Assembly: GCA_964353885.1 (NCBI GenBank)
Contig: CAYGXO010000095.1
Location: 488 to 64,487, forward strand
DNA length: 64,000 nucleotides
Direction of reading: 5' to 3'
Source of the DNA: an uncultured Spirochaetaceae bacterium
Lineage (GTDB): Bacteria; Spirochaetota; Spirochaetia; SZUA-6; Fen-1364
The number at the start of each line of letters is the position of its first letter. Position 1 is the first letter of the stretch. The translations under genes were made by a program, and so were the position numbers. Under the pieces are notes generated by a model, which saw only the letters and a program-made list of their open reading frames with translations, ran no database searches and was not told the origin of the DNA. Positions 45,817-54,785 of the stretch are shown here, piece after piece.

Positions 45817-47616
45817 ATGAAGAACATGCCGCCAGTGAACAGGCTTCGGGGACGCCTGCCGAAGATCGGGATCCGGCCGACGATCGACGGCCGTCGTCGG
45901 GGAGTGCGCGAGTCGCTCGAGGGCCAGACGATGGCCATGGCTCGAGCGGCGGCGGACTTCTTTTCGAAGCGCCTGCGCCATCCCTGCGGCCTTCCCGTCG
46001 AGTGTGTGATTTCGGATACCTGCATCGGCGGCGCGGCTGAGGCGGCCGATGCGGCGGAGAAGTTCCGCCGCGAAGGGGTGGGAGTCTCCCTGACGGTGAC
46101 CCCCTGCTGGTGCTACGGCTCCGAGACCATGGACATGGACCCTCTCACGCCGAAGGCGGTGTGGGGCTTCAACGGGACGGAGCGCCCGGGAGCGGTCTAC
46201 CTTGCCGCGGTCCTCGCCGCCCACACCCAGAAGGGAGTGCCGGCATTCGGCATCTACGGCCGCGACGTGCAGGAGGCGGGGGACGCGGCGATCCCCGGCG
46301 ACGTGCAGGAGAAGCTGCTGCGCTTCGCGCGCGCGGGCCTCGCCGCGGCCACGATGAGGGGGGCCTCGTACCTCGCCATCGGCGGGGTGTCCATGGGCAT
46401 CGCCGGCTCCATCGTCGATCCTCGTTTTCTCGAAAGCTGGCTGGGCATGCGCTCTGAGAGCGTGGACATGTCCGAGCTCACGCGCCGCATCGACGAAAAG
46501 ATTTACGACCCCGACGAGCTTGCGCGGGCGCTCGCGTGGGTGAAAGCGAGCTGCAGGGAAGGACAGGACCCCAACCCAAAGGCCCAGGCGAGGAGCCGGG
46601 CCCAGAAGGACGCGGACTGGGAAACCAGCGTGAAGATGGCCATTATCGCCCGCGACCTCATGATCGGCAACCCGCGCCTCGCCGAGCTGGGCTACGGCGA
46701 GGAAGCGCTGGGACGCAACGCGATCGCGGCGGGGTTCCAGGGCCAGCGAGCGTGGAGCGACCACGCCCCGAACGGCGACTTCATGGAGACGATGCTCGAC
46801 TCGTCCTTCGACTGGAACGGCATCCGCGAGGCCTTCGTCTTCGCCACAGAGAACGATTTCCTGAACGGCATCTCGATGCTCTTCGGCCATTTGCTGACCG
46901 GAACAGCCCAGATCTTCTCCGACGTGCGGACCTACTGGAGCCCCGACGCCGTGAAGAGGGTTACGGGCCGCACGCTCTCGGGGGTCTCGGAGGGCGGCTT
47001 CATCCACCTCATCAACTCGGGCTCGACGGGCCTCGACGGCACCGGGCAGCAGTCGCGCGACGGCAAGCCCGTGATGAAGCCGTACTGGGAGATCACGGCC
47101 GACGAGGTCGCGCGTTGCCTGGAAGCGACCCGGTTCTGCCCCGCCGACCTCGGGTATTTCCGCGGCGGAGGGTTCTCAACCACCTTCGAGACGCGCGGCG
47201 GCATGCCCGTCACCATGTCGCGGGTGAACATGGTCGCAGGGCTCGGGCCCGTGATCCAGATCGCGGAGGGGTGGACCGTGGAGCTCGCGGCGGAGATGGG
47301 CAAGCCCTTGATCGACAGGACCAATCCCACGTGGCCCACGACGTGGTTCGTGCCTCGGGTCACGGGCAGCGGGCAGTTCCGCGACGTGTACTCGGTCATG
47401 AACTGCTGGGGCGCCAACCACGGCGCGGTCAGCTTCGGCCACATCGGGGCCGACCTGATCGCTCTGGCTTCGATGCTCCGCATGCCCGTGGCGATGCACA
47501 ATGTGCCCGGCGAGGGCGTCTTCCGTCCCAAGGTGTGGGGGAGCTTCGGCGATCCGGATTCGCAGGGAGCGGACTACCGGGCCTGCGCCGCGCTCGGTCC
47601 CCTCTACAGCAAGTAG
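45817..47616 (+). CDS. fucI: L-fucose isomerase
   Basis: 599 aa, co-linear with E. coli FucI as I remember it: [91 protein letters not shown] and [11 protein letters not shown]. Confidence 0.95.
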   Translation: MKNMPPVNRLRGRLPKIGIRPTIDGRRRGVRESLEGQTMAMARAAADFFSKRLRHPCGLPVECVISDTCIGGAAEAADAAEKFRREGVGVSLTVTPCWCYGSETMDMDPLTPKAVWGFNGTERPGAVYLAAVLAAHTQKGVPAFGIYGRDVQEAGDAAIPGDVQEKLLRFARAGLAAATMRGASYLAIGGVSMGIAGSIVDPRFLESWLGMRSESVDMSELTRRIDEKIYDPDELARALAWVKASCREGQDPNPKAQARSRAQKDADWETSVKMAIIARDLMIGNPRLAELGYGEEALGRNAIAAGFQGQRAWSDHAPNGDFMETMLDSSFDWNGIREAFVFATENDFLNGISMLFGHLLTGTAQIFSDVRTYWSPDAVKRVTGRTLSGVSEGGFIHLINSGSTGLDGTGQQSRDGKPVMKPYWEITADEVARCLEATRFCPADLGYFRGGGFSTTFETRGGMPVTMSRVNMVAGLGPVIQIAEGWTVELAAEMGKPLIDRTNPTWPTTWFVPRVTGSGQFRDVYSVMNCWGANHGAVSFGHIGADLIALASMLRMPVAMHNVPGEGVFRPKVWGSFGDPDSQGADYRACAALGPLYSK

Positions 47617-49727
47617 GCGGCGAGGCGCTCGGCCAGGCGGGTGCAGCGCTTCTCCGTGCCCACATTCTTCACCGCGATGGCGAGGGCTTTCCTGCTTCCC
47701 ACGAGCACGGCGAGCTTCTTCCCACGCGTGACGGCCGTATAGAGAAGGTTCCGCCTCAGCAGCATGAAGTGCTGCGTGTGCAGCGCGATGATGACGGCGG
47801 GGAACTCGCTGCCCTGCGACTTGTGAATGGAGCAGGCGTACGCCAGCGCGAGCTCATCGAGGTCCGCCCACTCGTAGGCCACGGACCTTTCGTCGAACCT
47901 GACGCTCAGGCCGCGCTCCTCATCGTTCACGGCTGCGATCCGCCCGATGTCGCCATTGAACACGCCGAGATCGTAGTTGTTGCGCAGCTGCATCACCCTG
48001 TCCCCGACTCGCATGCTCAGGCCGCCCCGGGCGAGTGACGCACCCCGGGGATTCAGCAGGGCCTGCAGCTCGCGGTTCATGTTCGCGACGCCGAGAAGGC
48101 CCTTCTGCATGGGGGTCAGGACCTGGATGTCCTCTCGTGGATCCAGGCCGAAACGCTGAGGGATCCTCTTCGTCACAAGCTCGCGGATCGTCTCGAGGAT
48201 CTTCTCGGGCTCCTCCCTCTCGATGATGAAGAAGTCACCCGCGTCCGTTGGAGAGGTTTGGGGCATGCGCCCCTCGTTGATCCTGTGAGCGTTCACGGTG
48301 ATGAGGCTCGCTCCCGCCTGCCGGAAGATCTCCGTGAGCCGGATGACCGGCACCCTGGCCGACGAGATCACATCGGCCAGGACATTTCCCGGTCCGACGG
48401 AGGGCAGCTGGTCGGCGTCGCCCACGAGGACGAGCTCGGCAAGGGGAGGGACCGCCGCAAGCAGGTCGCGGAAGAGCATCGCGTCGATCATCGAGGTCTC
48501 GTCCACGATGAGAGTGTCGCAGCGAATCGGATTTGTCCCGCAGCGGAGAAACCCGCGGCCCTGCGGGCTCCATTCCAGCAGGCGGTGGATCGTCCGCGCC
48601 TCCCTGCCGGTCGCCTCGGCCATGCGCTTCGCTGCCCGGCCCGTGGGCGCCGAGAGGGCGACGCTCCGTCCGCTCGCCTCGAGGATGTCGATGAGGCAGG
48701 TGATCAGGGTGGTCTTGCCGGTGCCTGGTCCGCCCGTGATCACGAGGACCTTCTCGCTGATGCCTCTCGCCACCGCGTCCCTCTGCAGGGCCGAGAGCTC
48801 GATCCGGCGTCGGGATTCCCACCTCGAGATCTCGGCAGGAGCATTCGCGGCGATCGGGAGGGGGGGCGAGGAGGCGAGCCTGGCCAGAAGCCGCGCAGCC
48901 TCCTCCTCTGCGCGGACGAGGGAAGGAAGTCCCGCGAGGGGGCCGTCCGCCGCATGCTCGAGCACGAGTCCACCGCGCGCGGCAAGCGTTTCGACCGCCT
49001 TGCCGCAGATCGAAGGCTCGACTGAGAGCAGCGCCGCGGTCTGCGCGACAATCGTCTGCACGGGCGCCACGACATGGCCATCTGCAGCGGCCTGGCCGAG
49101 AACGAACCGGACCCCTGCTTCCGCCCTGTGCGGTGAGTCCGGCGGGATGCCGAGGTTTTTCGCGATCCCGTCCGCGGTCTTGAACCCCACGCCCTCGACC
49201 TCGGCCGCCAGGCGGTAGGGGTTCTCCCTGATGGCCTGGATGGCCCGGTCGCCGTACAGTTTCCAGATCCGCGCCGCGAGGCCGGTCGAGACGCCATAGG
49301 ATTGCAGGAAGATCATGACGTCCCTGATCGCCCGCTGCGCCGTCCACGCCTCGATGATCTGACGGCTGCGGGCGGCGCCGATGCCGTCGACCTCGCGCAG
49401 CCTGCGGGGAGTCGTATCGATGACGGCGAGAGTCTCCAGGCCGAACTTTTTCACCAGGCGGGAGGCGAGCTCCTTTCCCACGCCCTTCACGAGGCCCGAA
49501 CCGAGGTAACGCTCGATGCCCGCCAGGGTCGCGGGCGCCACTGTCGAGAAGGATTCGACCTGGAACTGCTCGCCGAATCTGGGGTGGACCGTCCACCTGC
49601 CCGCAAGGCGCAGGGTCTCGCCGGGCTGCACGCCCGCGAAGTTGCCGACAGCGGTCACCTCCCGTCCTGAATCGGCCAGCGCGACGACCACGACGCTCCA
49701 CGCGTCCTCCTCGTTCGCGAACCGCAC
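47604..49727 (-). CDS. recD2: RecD2-type SF1B ATP-dependent DNA helicase
   Basis: 707 aa with Walker [28 protein letters not shown] and [16 protein letters not shown]. The first canonical start is the GTG at 49727, but the conserved N-terminal sequence continues upstream of it. Confidence 0.88.
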   Translation of the reverse strand: MRFANEEDAWSVVVVALADSGREVTAVGNFAGVQPGETLRLAGRWTVHPRFGEQFQVESFSTVAPATLAGIERYLGSGLVKGVGKELASRLVKKFGLETLAVIDTTPRRLREVDGIGAARSRQIIEAWTAQRAIRDVMIFLQSYGVSTGLAARIWKLYGDRAIQAIRENPYRLAAEVEGVGFKTADGIAKNLGIPPDSPHRAEAGVRFVLGQAAADGHVVAPVQTIVAQTAALLSVEPSICGKAVETLAARGGLVLEHAADGPLAGLPSLVRAEEEAARLLARLASSPPLPIAANAPAEISRWESRRRIELSALQRDAVARGISEKVLVITGGPGTGKTTLITCLIDILEASGRSVALSAPTGRAAKRMAEATGREARTIHRLLEWSPQGRGFLRCGTNPIRCDTLIVDETSMIDAMLFRDLLAAVPPLAELVLVGDADQLPSVGPGNVLADVISSARVPVIRLTEIFRQAGASLITVNAHRINEGRMPQTSPTDAGDFFIIEREEPEKILETIRELVTKRIPQRFGLDPREDIQVLTPMQKGLLGVANMNRELQALLNPRGASLARGGLSMRVGDRVMQLRNNYDLGVFNGDIGRIAAVNDEERGLSVRFDERSVAYEWADLDELALAYACSIHKSQGSEFPAVIIALHTQHFMLLRRNLLYTAVTRGKKLAVLVGSRKALAIAVKNVGTEKRCTRLAERLAAYLL

Positions 49728-49881
49728 CCGCTCGAGCGTCCCCTCGAGAGTGACGGTGCGAGGGGCGGGAAAGAGGGCGGGTGGGGATTTCGGGCCGGGC
49801 CCGGGACGGCGATGGCGGTCGATGGGGCGATGCTATCGGGCAGGGTAGGCAAAGTCAAGCAAATGGGCTACACAGAGCGCC

Positions 49882-50430
49882 ATGGAAGAAACGACCGGGC
49901 TCCTCGGCCGGCTGACGATCGTCGACGAGACGCTGACCCGACCGCTCTCTCTGCCCGAGAAGCCTCGTCTCGCGCGCCTGGCAGCCCTCGGCCTCGCCCA
50001 TTCGGGAGACAGCTGGGTCTGGGCGGGCCTCCTCGCCGCCGCGTGGTTCTTCGGCGACGCTCCGTGGAAGGCGCGCGCGATCGTCGTCTTCGCGGGCCTC
50101 GTTCTGACGGAGGTCGTCACCGTCGGGGTGAAGATGGCGATCCGTCGCCCCCGGCCCGCGGGGACCTCGGGGGCGATCTATCGGCGCATGGACCCCTACT
50201 CGTTCCCTTCGGGCCACGCGGCGCGGGCGACGATGCTCTGCATGCTCTCGTTCATCATGGGACCATCCGCGGCCTTTGTCGCGATCGTCGTCTGGAGTCC
50301 CTTCATGGTTCTCTCCCGGATCGCGATCGGCATCCACTACGTGTTCGACGTGCTTGTCGGCATGGCGCTCGGCGCGCTCCTGACCTGGGGGTTGTGGCTG
50401 CTCGTTCCGCTTGTCCTCGTCCGGATCTGA
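49882..50430 (+). CDS. PAP2 family (acid/lipid) phosphatase, membrane
   Basis: 182 aa with KMAIRRPRP, PSGH and SRIAIGIHYVFD, the three PAP2 motifs. Confidence 0.88.
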   Translation: MEETTGLLGRLTIVDETLTRPLSLPEKPRLARLAALGLAHSGDSWVWAGLLAAAWFFGDAPWKARAIVVFAGLVLTEVVTVGVKMAIRRPRPAGTSGAIYRRMDPYSFPSGHAARATMLCMLSFIMGPSAAFVAIVVWSPFMVLSRIAIGIHYVFDVLVGMALGALLTWGLWLLVPLVLVRI

Positions 50431-51456
50431 TCAGAATCTCATCGAACCGATGATCTTCACGATCTCCCGCGTGTCCGTGCGCGACACGTCGAGGTGGGTC
50501 ACCAGTCGGATAGAGTCTCCGCCGGGGGGGCCGCTCAGGATGCCGTGCGCCTGGAGGGCGTCGACGACGATCTGCGGATCGCGCTCAGGGGTGCGGAAGT
50601 AGAGGATGTTGGTGACCACGTCGTCGGGATCGAGGAGGGCCCAGTCCGTGGCGGCGAGGGCCCGCGCGATCGCCTTCGCGTTCTCGTGGTCCTCGGCCAG
50701 CCGCTCGACGTTGTTCTGCAGCGCGTAGACCCCTGCCGCGGCGATGACACCGGCCTGCCGCATGCCTCCGCCAAGCATTTTGCGCACTCGCCTGGCCTCG
50801 GCGATGAAGTCCTTCTTCCCGCACAGCACGGCGCCCACGGGCGCGCCCAGTCCCTTTGACAGACAGAACGTCACGGTATTGGCCTCGGCGCAGATCTCTT
50901 TGACAGGAGCAGCCGAGGCTGTCACGGCGTTGAAAAGGCGTGCTCCGTCCAGGTGAACCGTGAGCTTCTTCCGTCGAGCGAACGCGCCGATCTCCCTCAG
51001 CGTCTCCAGTGGATAGAAGGTGCCGCCCGCGGCATTGTGCGTGTTCTCGATCGCGACCATACGTGTGCGCGAGCAGTAGTAGATGTCGGGCTGGATTCGG
51101 GTCTCCAGATCCTCGACGGACAGGATGCCCTTCGCCGTGGGGATCTGGATGGGGAGGCTTCCCGCGATCGCGGTCGCCGCCGCGAGCTCATGCTGGACGA
51201 TATGGCCGCGCGAGTCGATGAGGAGCTCATTGCCCCTGCCGCAGGTGAGGTAGATCGGGATGAGGTTGCCCATTGACCCCGAGGTGACGAAGAGGGCCGC
51301 TTCCTTCCCCGTGATCTCGGCTGCCATCTCCTGCAGCCTGTTGACGGTCGGGTCCTCGGCGTACACGTCGTCGCCGACCTCAGCCTCGTGCATGGCCTTG
51401 CGCATCGCGGGGCTCGGCAGTGTGACGGTGTCGCTCTTCAGATCGTAGATCTTCAT
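50431..51456 (-). CDS. ltaE: low-specificity L-threonine aldolase
   Basis: 341 aa from the verified ATG at 51456. Contains DLKSDTVTLPSPAMRKAM, VGDDVYAEDPTVNRLQ and the PLP-lysine context FCLSKGLGAPVG. It has an ATGA overlap with the upstream sirtuin gene. Confidence 0.88.
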   Translation of the reverse strand: MKIYDLKSDTVTLPSPAMRKAMHEAEVGDDVYAEDPTVNRLQEMAAEITGKEAALFVTSGSMGNLIPIYLTCGRGNELLIDSRGHIVQHELAAATAIAGSLPIQIPTAKGILSVEDLETRIQPDIYYCSRTRMVAIENTHNAAGGTFYPLETLREIGAFARRKKLTVHLDGARLFNAVTASAAPVKEICAEANTVTFCLSKGLGAPVGAVLCGKKDFIAEARRVRKMLGGGMRQAGVIAAAGVYALQNNVERLAEDHENAKAIARALAATDWALLDPDDVVTNILYFRTPERDPQIVVDALQAHGILSGPPGGDSIRLVTHLDVSRTDTREIVKIIGSMRF

Positions 51457-52217
51457 GGGAGAATCTCCTTGTCGATGAGGTCGAGGGCTTCGCCCGCCCT
51501 CAGCGGGATGTGGATGTCCGATATCGTGTCGGTGAAGCTGGATGGCTCGGGATTCACCTCGATGATTTTCGCCCCGTGCTCGGCAGCCTGGCGTGGGATG
51601 AGCGCGGCGGGGTAGACCTCGCCCGTCGAGCCGATGACGACCATGAGGTCCGTGCGCGCCGCGGCTGCCTTCGCTTTCTCGTTGGCCTGCGGCGGAATGC
51701 CCTCGCCGAAAAAGATGAAGTCGGGCTTGTAGAGGCCGCCGCAGGAGCAGCGGGGAGGGAGGCGCTCGAGGAGGCGGGAGTCCGCCGCGACGCGCGTCCC
51801 GCAGCTCAGGCAGAGAAGCTGTCGGGAGTTGCCGTGAAACTCGACGACATTCCTGTTCCCGGCCAGGTGGTGCAGATTGTCGATGTTCTGCGTGATCAGG
51901 CATTTCAGGAGGCCACGCGCCTCCCAGGCGGCGAGCACCTCGTGTGCCCTGTTCGGCCTCGCCTTCCCGAAGTGATCGTAGAAGATCTCGCGAAGGATGG
52001 GCCAGGACTTCTCAGGGTGGGCGAGGAAATAGTCCAGCTCGAGCATCCGGGGGTCGTACCGGCCCCATAGGCCGCCCTCGCCGCGGAAGGGCGGGATGCC
52101 GCTCTCGACGCTTACCCCTGCGCCTGTGAAGGCGGTGAGGTTCCGTGCGGACCGGATGAGGCGTGCAGCTTCGCATACGAGGCCCTGTTTGTCGGAGACA
52201 GCGCACCGCTCTTGCAT
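51453..52217 (-). CDS. cobB: NAD-dependent protein deacylase (Sir2/CobB family)
   Basis: 254 aa with FTGAGVSVESGIPPFRG, ITQNIDNLHHLAG and a zinc ribbon (CLSCG...CSCGG). Confidence 0.9.
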   Translation of the reverse strand: MQERCAVSDKQGLVCEAARLIRSARNLTAFTGAGVSVESGIPPFRGEGGLWGRYDPRMLELDYFLAHPEKSWPILREIFYDHFGKARPNRAHEVLAAWEARGLLKCLITQNIDNLHHLAGNRNVVEFHGNSRQLLCLSCGTRVAADSRLLERLPPRCSCGGLYKPDFIFFGEGIPPQANEKAKAAAARTDLMVVIGSTGEVYPAALIPRQAAEHGAKIIEVNPEPSSFTDTISDIHIPLRAGEALDLIDKEILP

Positions 52218-52355
52218 GGATGCGGAATAGTGTCGCGATCAGGGCATGACAGTCAACCAGCAGGCCGTGCCTGGACGAACCATTGGAATCGTGAAACACT
52301 TGTCGCGACACCTGTGGAGAGAGCATCCATGAGCTGAGGGACTCAGGGCAATCTC

Positions 52356-52928
52356 ATGCCGGGAGGCAGTCGCATGGACAGGTCTCGGAAGGTCGCCTGC
52401 ATGCTTCTCGTGGCGGTGGCCATAGCGGTCTTTTTCGGCGCGGCCTCACCGTGCTGCGGTGCAGAGTCGAAAGGGCAGGATTGCGGCTCCACTTTCGTGA
52501 CGCTCGGGCTGGCCTTGGGCGTGTTGGATCTCGGGCCCCGGGCGGGCCTGGAGTACCGGTGGCCGGCCGGTCCCGGCGTCGAGGCGGCAATTGGGATCAG
52601 TGCAATTCCGCTCTTCGTAGGCCAATTCATCATCACGGGCGAGGCGCTCGCGGTCCTGCCGCTCTTCAGGTTCGGCCGTTCGGGCACTTTCGATCTTGCG
52701 ATCGGGGTGCCTTCGCTCATGTGGGGGGGCAAGCTCGACCCAGGCATTATAACTTCGGTCGGCGGCGTCGCACGGCTGCGTTTCGAGCTGGGCAGTCGCT
52801 GGTCGCTCCTTGTCCGCGCTGGCGCGGGCTGTCTGTTCACCCTCGACACGGCAGGATCCCACGTGGGGGCTCTGAACGGTACATACCTGTGGCCCGACCT
52901 GGGAATCTGCTCGGCCTTCCGTCTCTAG
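52356..52928 (+). CDS. exported hypothetical protein, possible small outer-membrane beta-barrel
   Basis: 190 aa (or 184 aa from the Met at 52374) with a signal-like segment VACMLLVAVAIAVFFGAASP. The pattern is Gly/Ala-rich and amphipathic, and the C-terminus is ...CSAFRL. Confidence 0.5.
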   Translation: MPGGSRMDRSRKVACMLLVAVAIAVFFGAASPCCGAESKGQDCGSTFVTLGLALGVLDLGPRAGLEYRWPAGPGVEAAIGISAIPLFVGQFIITGEALAVLPLFRFGRSGTFDLAIGVPSLMWGGKLDPGIITSVGGVARLRFELGSRWSLLVRAGAGCLFTLDTAGSHVGALNGTYLWPDLGICSAFRL

Positions 52929-53176
52929 GACCGAACGCGCTCACCTTCTCTCACCTCATCGTAGAACAGCGCGACGCACCTGCCTCGAATCCACGCCGAT
53001 CTTCGCCACATCCAGGCTATCGTCGACCACAAGATCCTAGAAACCACCCAGATCGACACCCATGTGAGTCTGGAGGATCTCAAAGTGGTTGTAGGGCGCT
53101 CGCATCCCCATGGCCGGCGAGGCGGAGCCCTCTCGGCGGGCGGAGTCCGGGGCGCGAGTCCTGATGTTCTCTCCCC

Positions 53177-53205
53177 TTGTCGTGCGGGGCCGCGGGGTGT
53201 AGAAT
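53177..53205 (+). promoter_or_regulatory. candidate sigma-70 promoter for the 53312 gene
   Basis: TTGTCG (53177-53182), a 17-nt spacer ending in TG, then TAGAAT (53200-53205). The predicted leader before the ATG at 53312 is ~100 nt, with RBS GGAGGTG. Confidence 0.3.
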
Positions 53206-53311
53206 CGGCTCATCATCGAGCGCAGACGCATAGCCGTTGCCGTTCTCGACCGACATGCAGCAGAGAGAAGTCCGGCGCGATTGGCGCTCACAAAATGTGG
53301 AGGTGATCCAG

Positions 53312-54262
53312 ATGGAACGAAATGTTGTTCGATGCGTCATTCTCTTGATGTTCTTCTTCTGCTCTTCAATCTACGCTCAGCAGTCGCTTGATCTGAATGA
53401 GGACCTCAGCGGCTCCCTCGGCAGTATCGTACGGGTGGAGACTCTCGGCGGCGGCACGTTCCAAGGGAAACTTCTGGGGACCGAGGAGGACCGGATCGAG
53501 CTTCTGGACGCCGACGGGCTTATACTCCAGATCAGCAGGAATGAGATCAAACGCGTCCTGGAGATGAAGCCGGAACGCGGAGGAAACCTGTACTTCCAGG
53601 ACGCCTCCTCGAATCGCCTCATCGTGATTCCGACGGGCTTCGGCATGGAAACGAACGAGTTCCACATCGCCGACCTGGAAATCGTCGGAGTCACGGCCAG
53701 CTACGGGGTTTCGGAGCACTTTTCCGCCTGGGCGGGCGTGAGCATACCGGGTTTCGTGCTCAACGCCCGATTCAGCTTCTCCCTTGCAGATGGTCGCATC
53801 GGCGCATCGGTCGGCTCCTTCGCGGGGATGACCTGGCTGAACATGGGACCCCCGGAAAGTCCCTCCAGACCGGGCGTGTTCATCCCCTACCTCATCACCT
53901 CCTTCGGATCTGAGAACCGGAACGTGACGATCGGCGCCGGCGGTGTCGTCACCTTCGCGAATCCCGCCCCGTCGGCTTTTCTCGGATACGCAGCTTTCGT
54001 GGCCGTGCTGGGGGGCAAGCTCCCTCTCTCGTCCACGACAGCGCTCATCACGGAGAACTGGGTCATGTTCCCCCAATGGCCGACGTCGGCCACAGACCCG
54101 GCGATCGCGATTGTGATACCCGCAGTCGTCTTCAGGATCGCGGGCAATCGCCTGAGCTGGGACATCGGCGCGACATTTCCCTTCGAAGGGTATTCCACGG
54201 GTGTGCGCTCCACTTTGGGATTCCCGCTGCCCATCCTGACCCTCACATACAGGATCAGATAG
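53312..54262 (+). CDS. exported hypothetical protein (N-terminal small beta domain plus C-terminal beta-barrel-like region)
   Basis: 316 aa from the verified ATG at 53312. Signal peptide MERNVVRCVILLMFFFCSSIYAQ. The 5' end is clearly lower in GC (one 60-nt line hand-counted at 43%). The protein ends ...LTLTYRIR. Confidence 0.6.
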   Translation: MERNVVRCVILLMFFFCSSIYAQQSLDLNEDLSGSLGSIVRVETLGGGTFQGKLLGTEEDRIELLDADGLILQISRNEIKRVLEMKPERGGNLYFQDASSNRLIVIPTGFGMETNEFHIADLEIVGVTASYGVSEHFSAWAGVSIPGFVLNARFSFSLADGRIGASVGSFAGMTWLNMGPPESPSRPGVFIPYLITSFGSENRNVTIGAGGVVTFANPAPSAFLGYAAFVAVLGGKLPLSSTTALITENWVMFPQWPTSATDPAIAIVIPAVVFRIAGNRLSWDIGATFPFEGYSTGVRSTLGFPLPILTLTYRIR

Positions 54263-54350
54263 GGCGCAGGTGCCCGCCGCTGTGGACCCGGGATGAAGCT
54301 GATCGCGCTCATCACGAACCCTGCTCAGGTAAACGGTAAAGGGGAGCACT

Positions 54351-54776
54351 ATAATTTGCGAGTTTTGCGGCGGCACAACAGCGGGGAAGGCTGTAAAGAA
54401 GCAGAACTGGCTCAAGGCCAAGCTCTCAATCGTCGAGAACGTGGAAGCGGAGGTCAGCACCCAGTGCGGGGCGAGGTACTTCCACGCCGAGACGCTTGAC
54501 GCTATCAACAGGCTCCTCGCATCGGACCACGAAATCCTGCGCTGGACCGGGTTGGAGAGCGCTTCCTGTCGGTTCCACTGTACAGAATCGATGTTCTGCG
54601 CGCTCAGCCCTGCGACGCCGGGGTTTGTAGATGATGGGCGGGTCCTGCAGGCGTGGCCGGTGCCTCGCGCAGACGTTCGTCCGCATTGGGAGGTCGGTCT
54701 ATTCCGCCCGATCGGTCCCGGACCCCGCCGAGAAGATGAAGAAGGAGCGCCCGAAATCGCGCATGAGGGGCGGTGA
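54351..54776 (+). pseudogene. YgiT-type (MqsA N-terminal-like) zinc-finger ORF without a canonical start codon
   Basis: My frame walk from the stop at 54330-54332 gives TVKGSTIICEFCGGTTAGKAVKKQNWLKAKLSIVENVEAEVSTQCGARYFHAETLDAINRLL. This follows the YgiT pattern C-x2-C ... I.NVPA.VC.QCGE.YF. There is no ATG, GTG or TTG before the first Cys, only ATA/ATT at 54351/54354 after GGGGAG. The third Cys position is Ser. Confidence 0.45.
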
Positions 54777-54785
54777 GGCGCCCGT

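Noticed and set aside
44095-47007. 970-aa minus-strand ORF
   Set aside because: It is antisense to the MDR dehydrogenase and fucI. The FucI identity on the plus strand is unambiguous.
47604-49727. RecD2 helicase as part of a defence system
   Set aside because: It has the standard RecD2 domain order and no nuclease, methylase or other defence partner. The neighbours are fucI and a PAP2 phosphatase.
51453-52217. Sir2-domain protein as a phage-defence effector (Thoeris/DSR/pAgo-associated type)
   Set aside because: It has the compact CobB-type architecture with an intact zinc ribbon and no extra sensor domains. It is translationally coupled to threonine aldolase, which points to a housekeeping deacylase.
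52929-53311. Possible transposase relic: the minus strand reads ...THMGVDLGGF*DLVVDDSLDVAKIGV...
   Set aside because: The fragment vaguely resembles sequences I have seen annotated near mobile elements, but I cannot name a family and it is short and stop-interrupted. It is reported only as part of the low-GC region finding. blastx would settle it.
54293-54499. 68-aa ORF MKLIALITNPAQVNGKGEHYNL... as the toxin partner of the YgiT-like ORF
   Set aside because: It overlaps the zinc-finger frame out of phase, has no recognisable toxin motif, and turns R/G-rich downstream. It is most likely non-coding.
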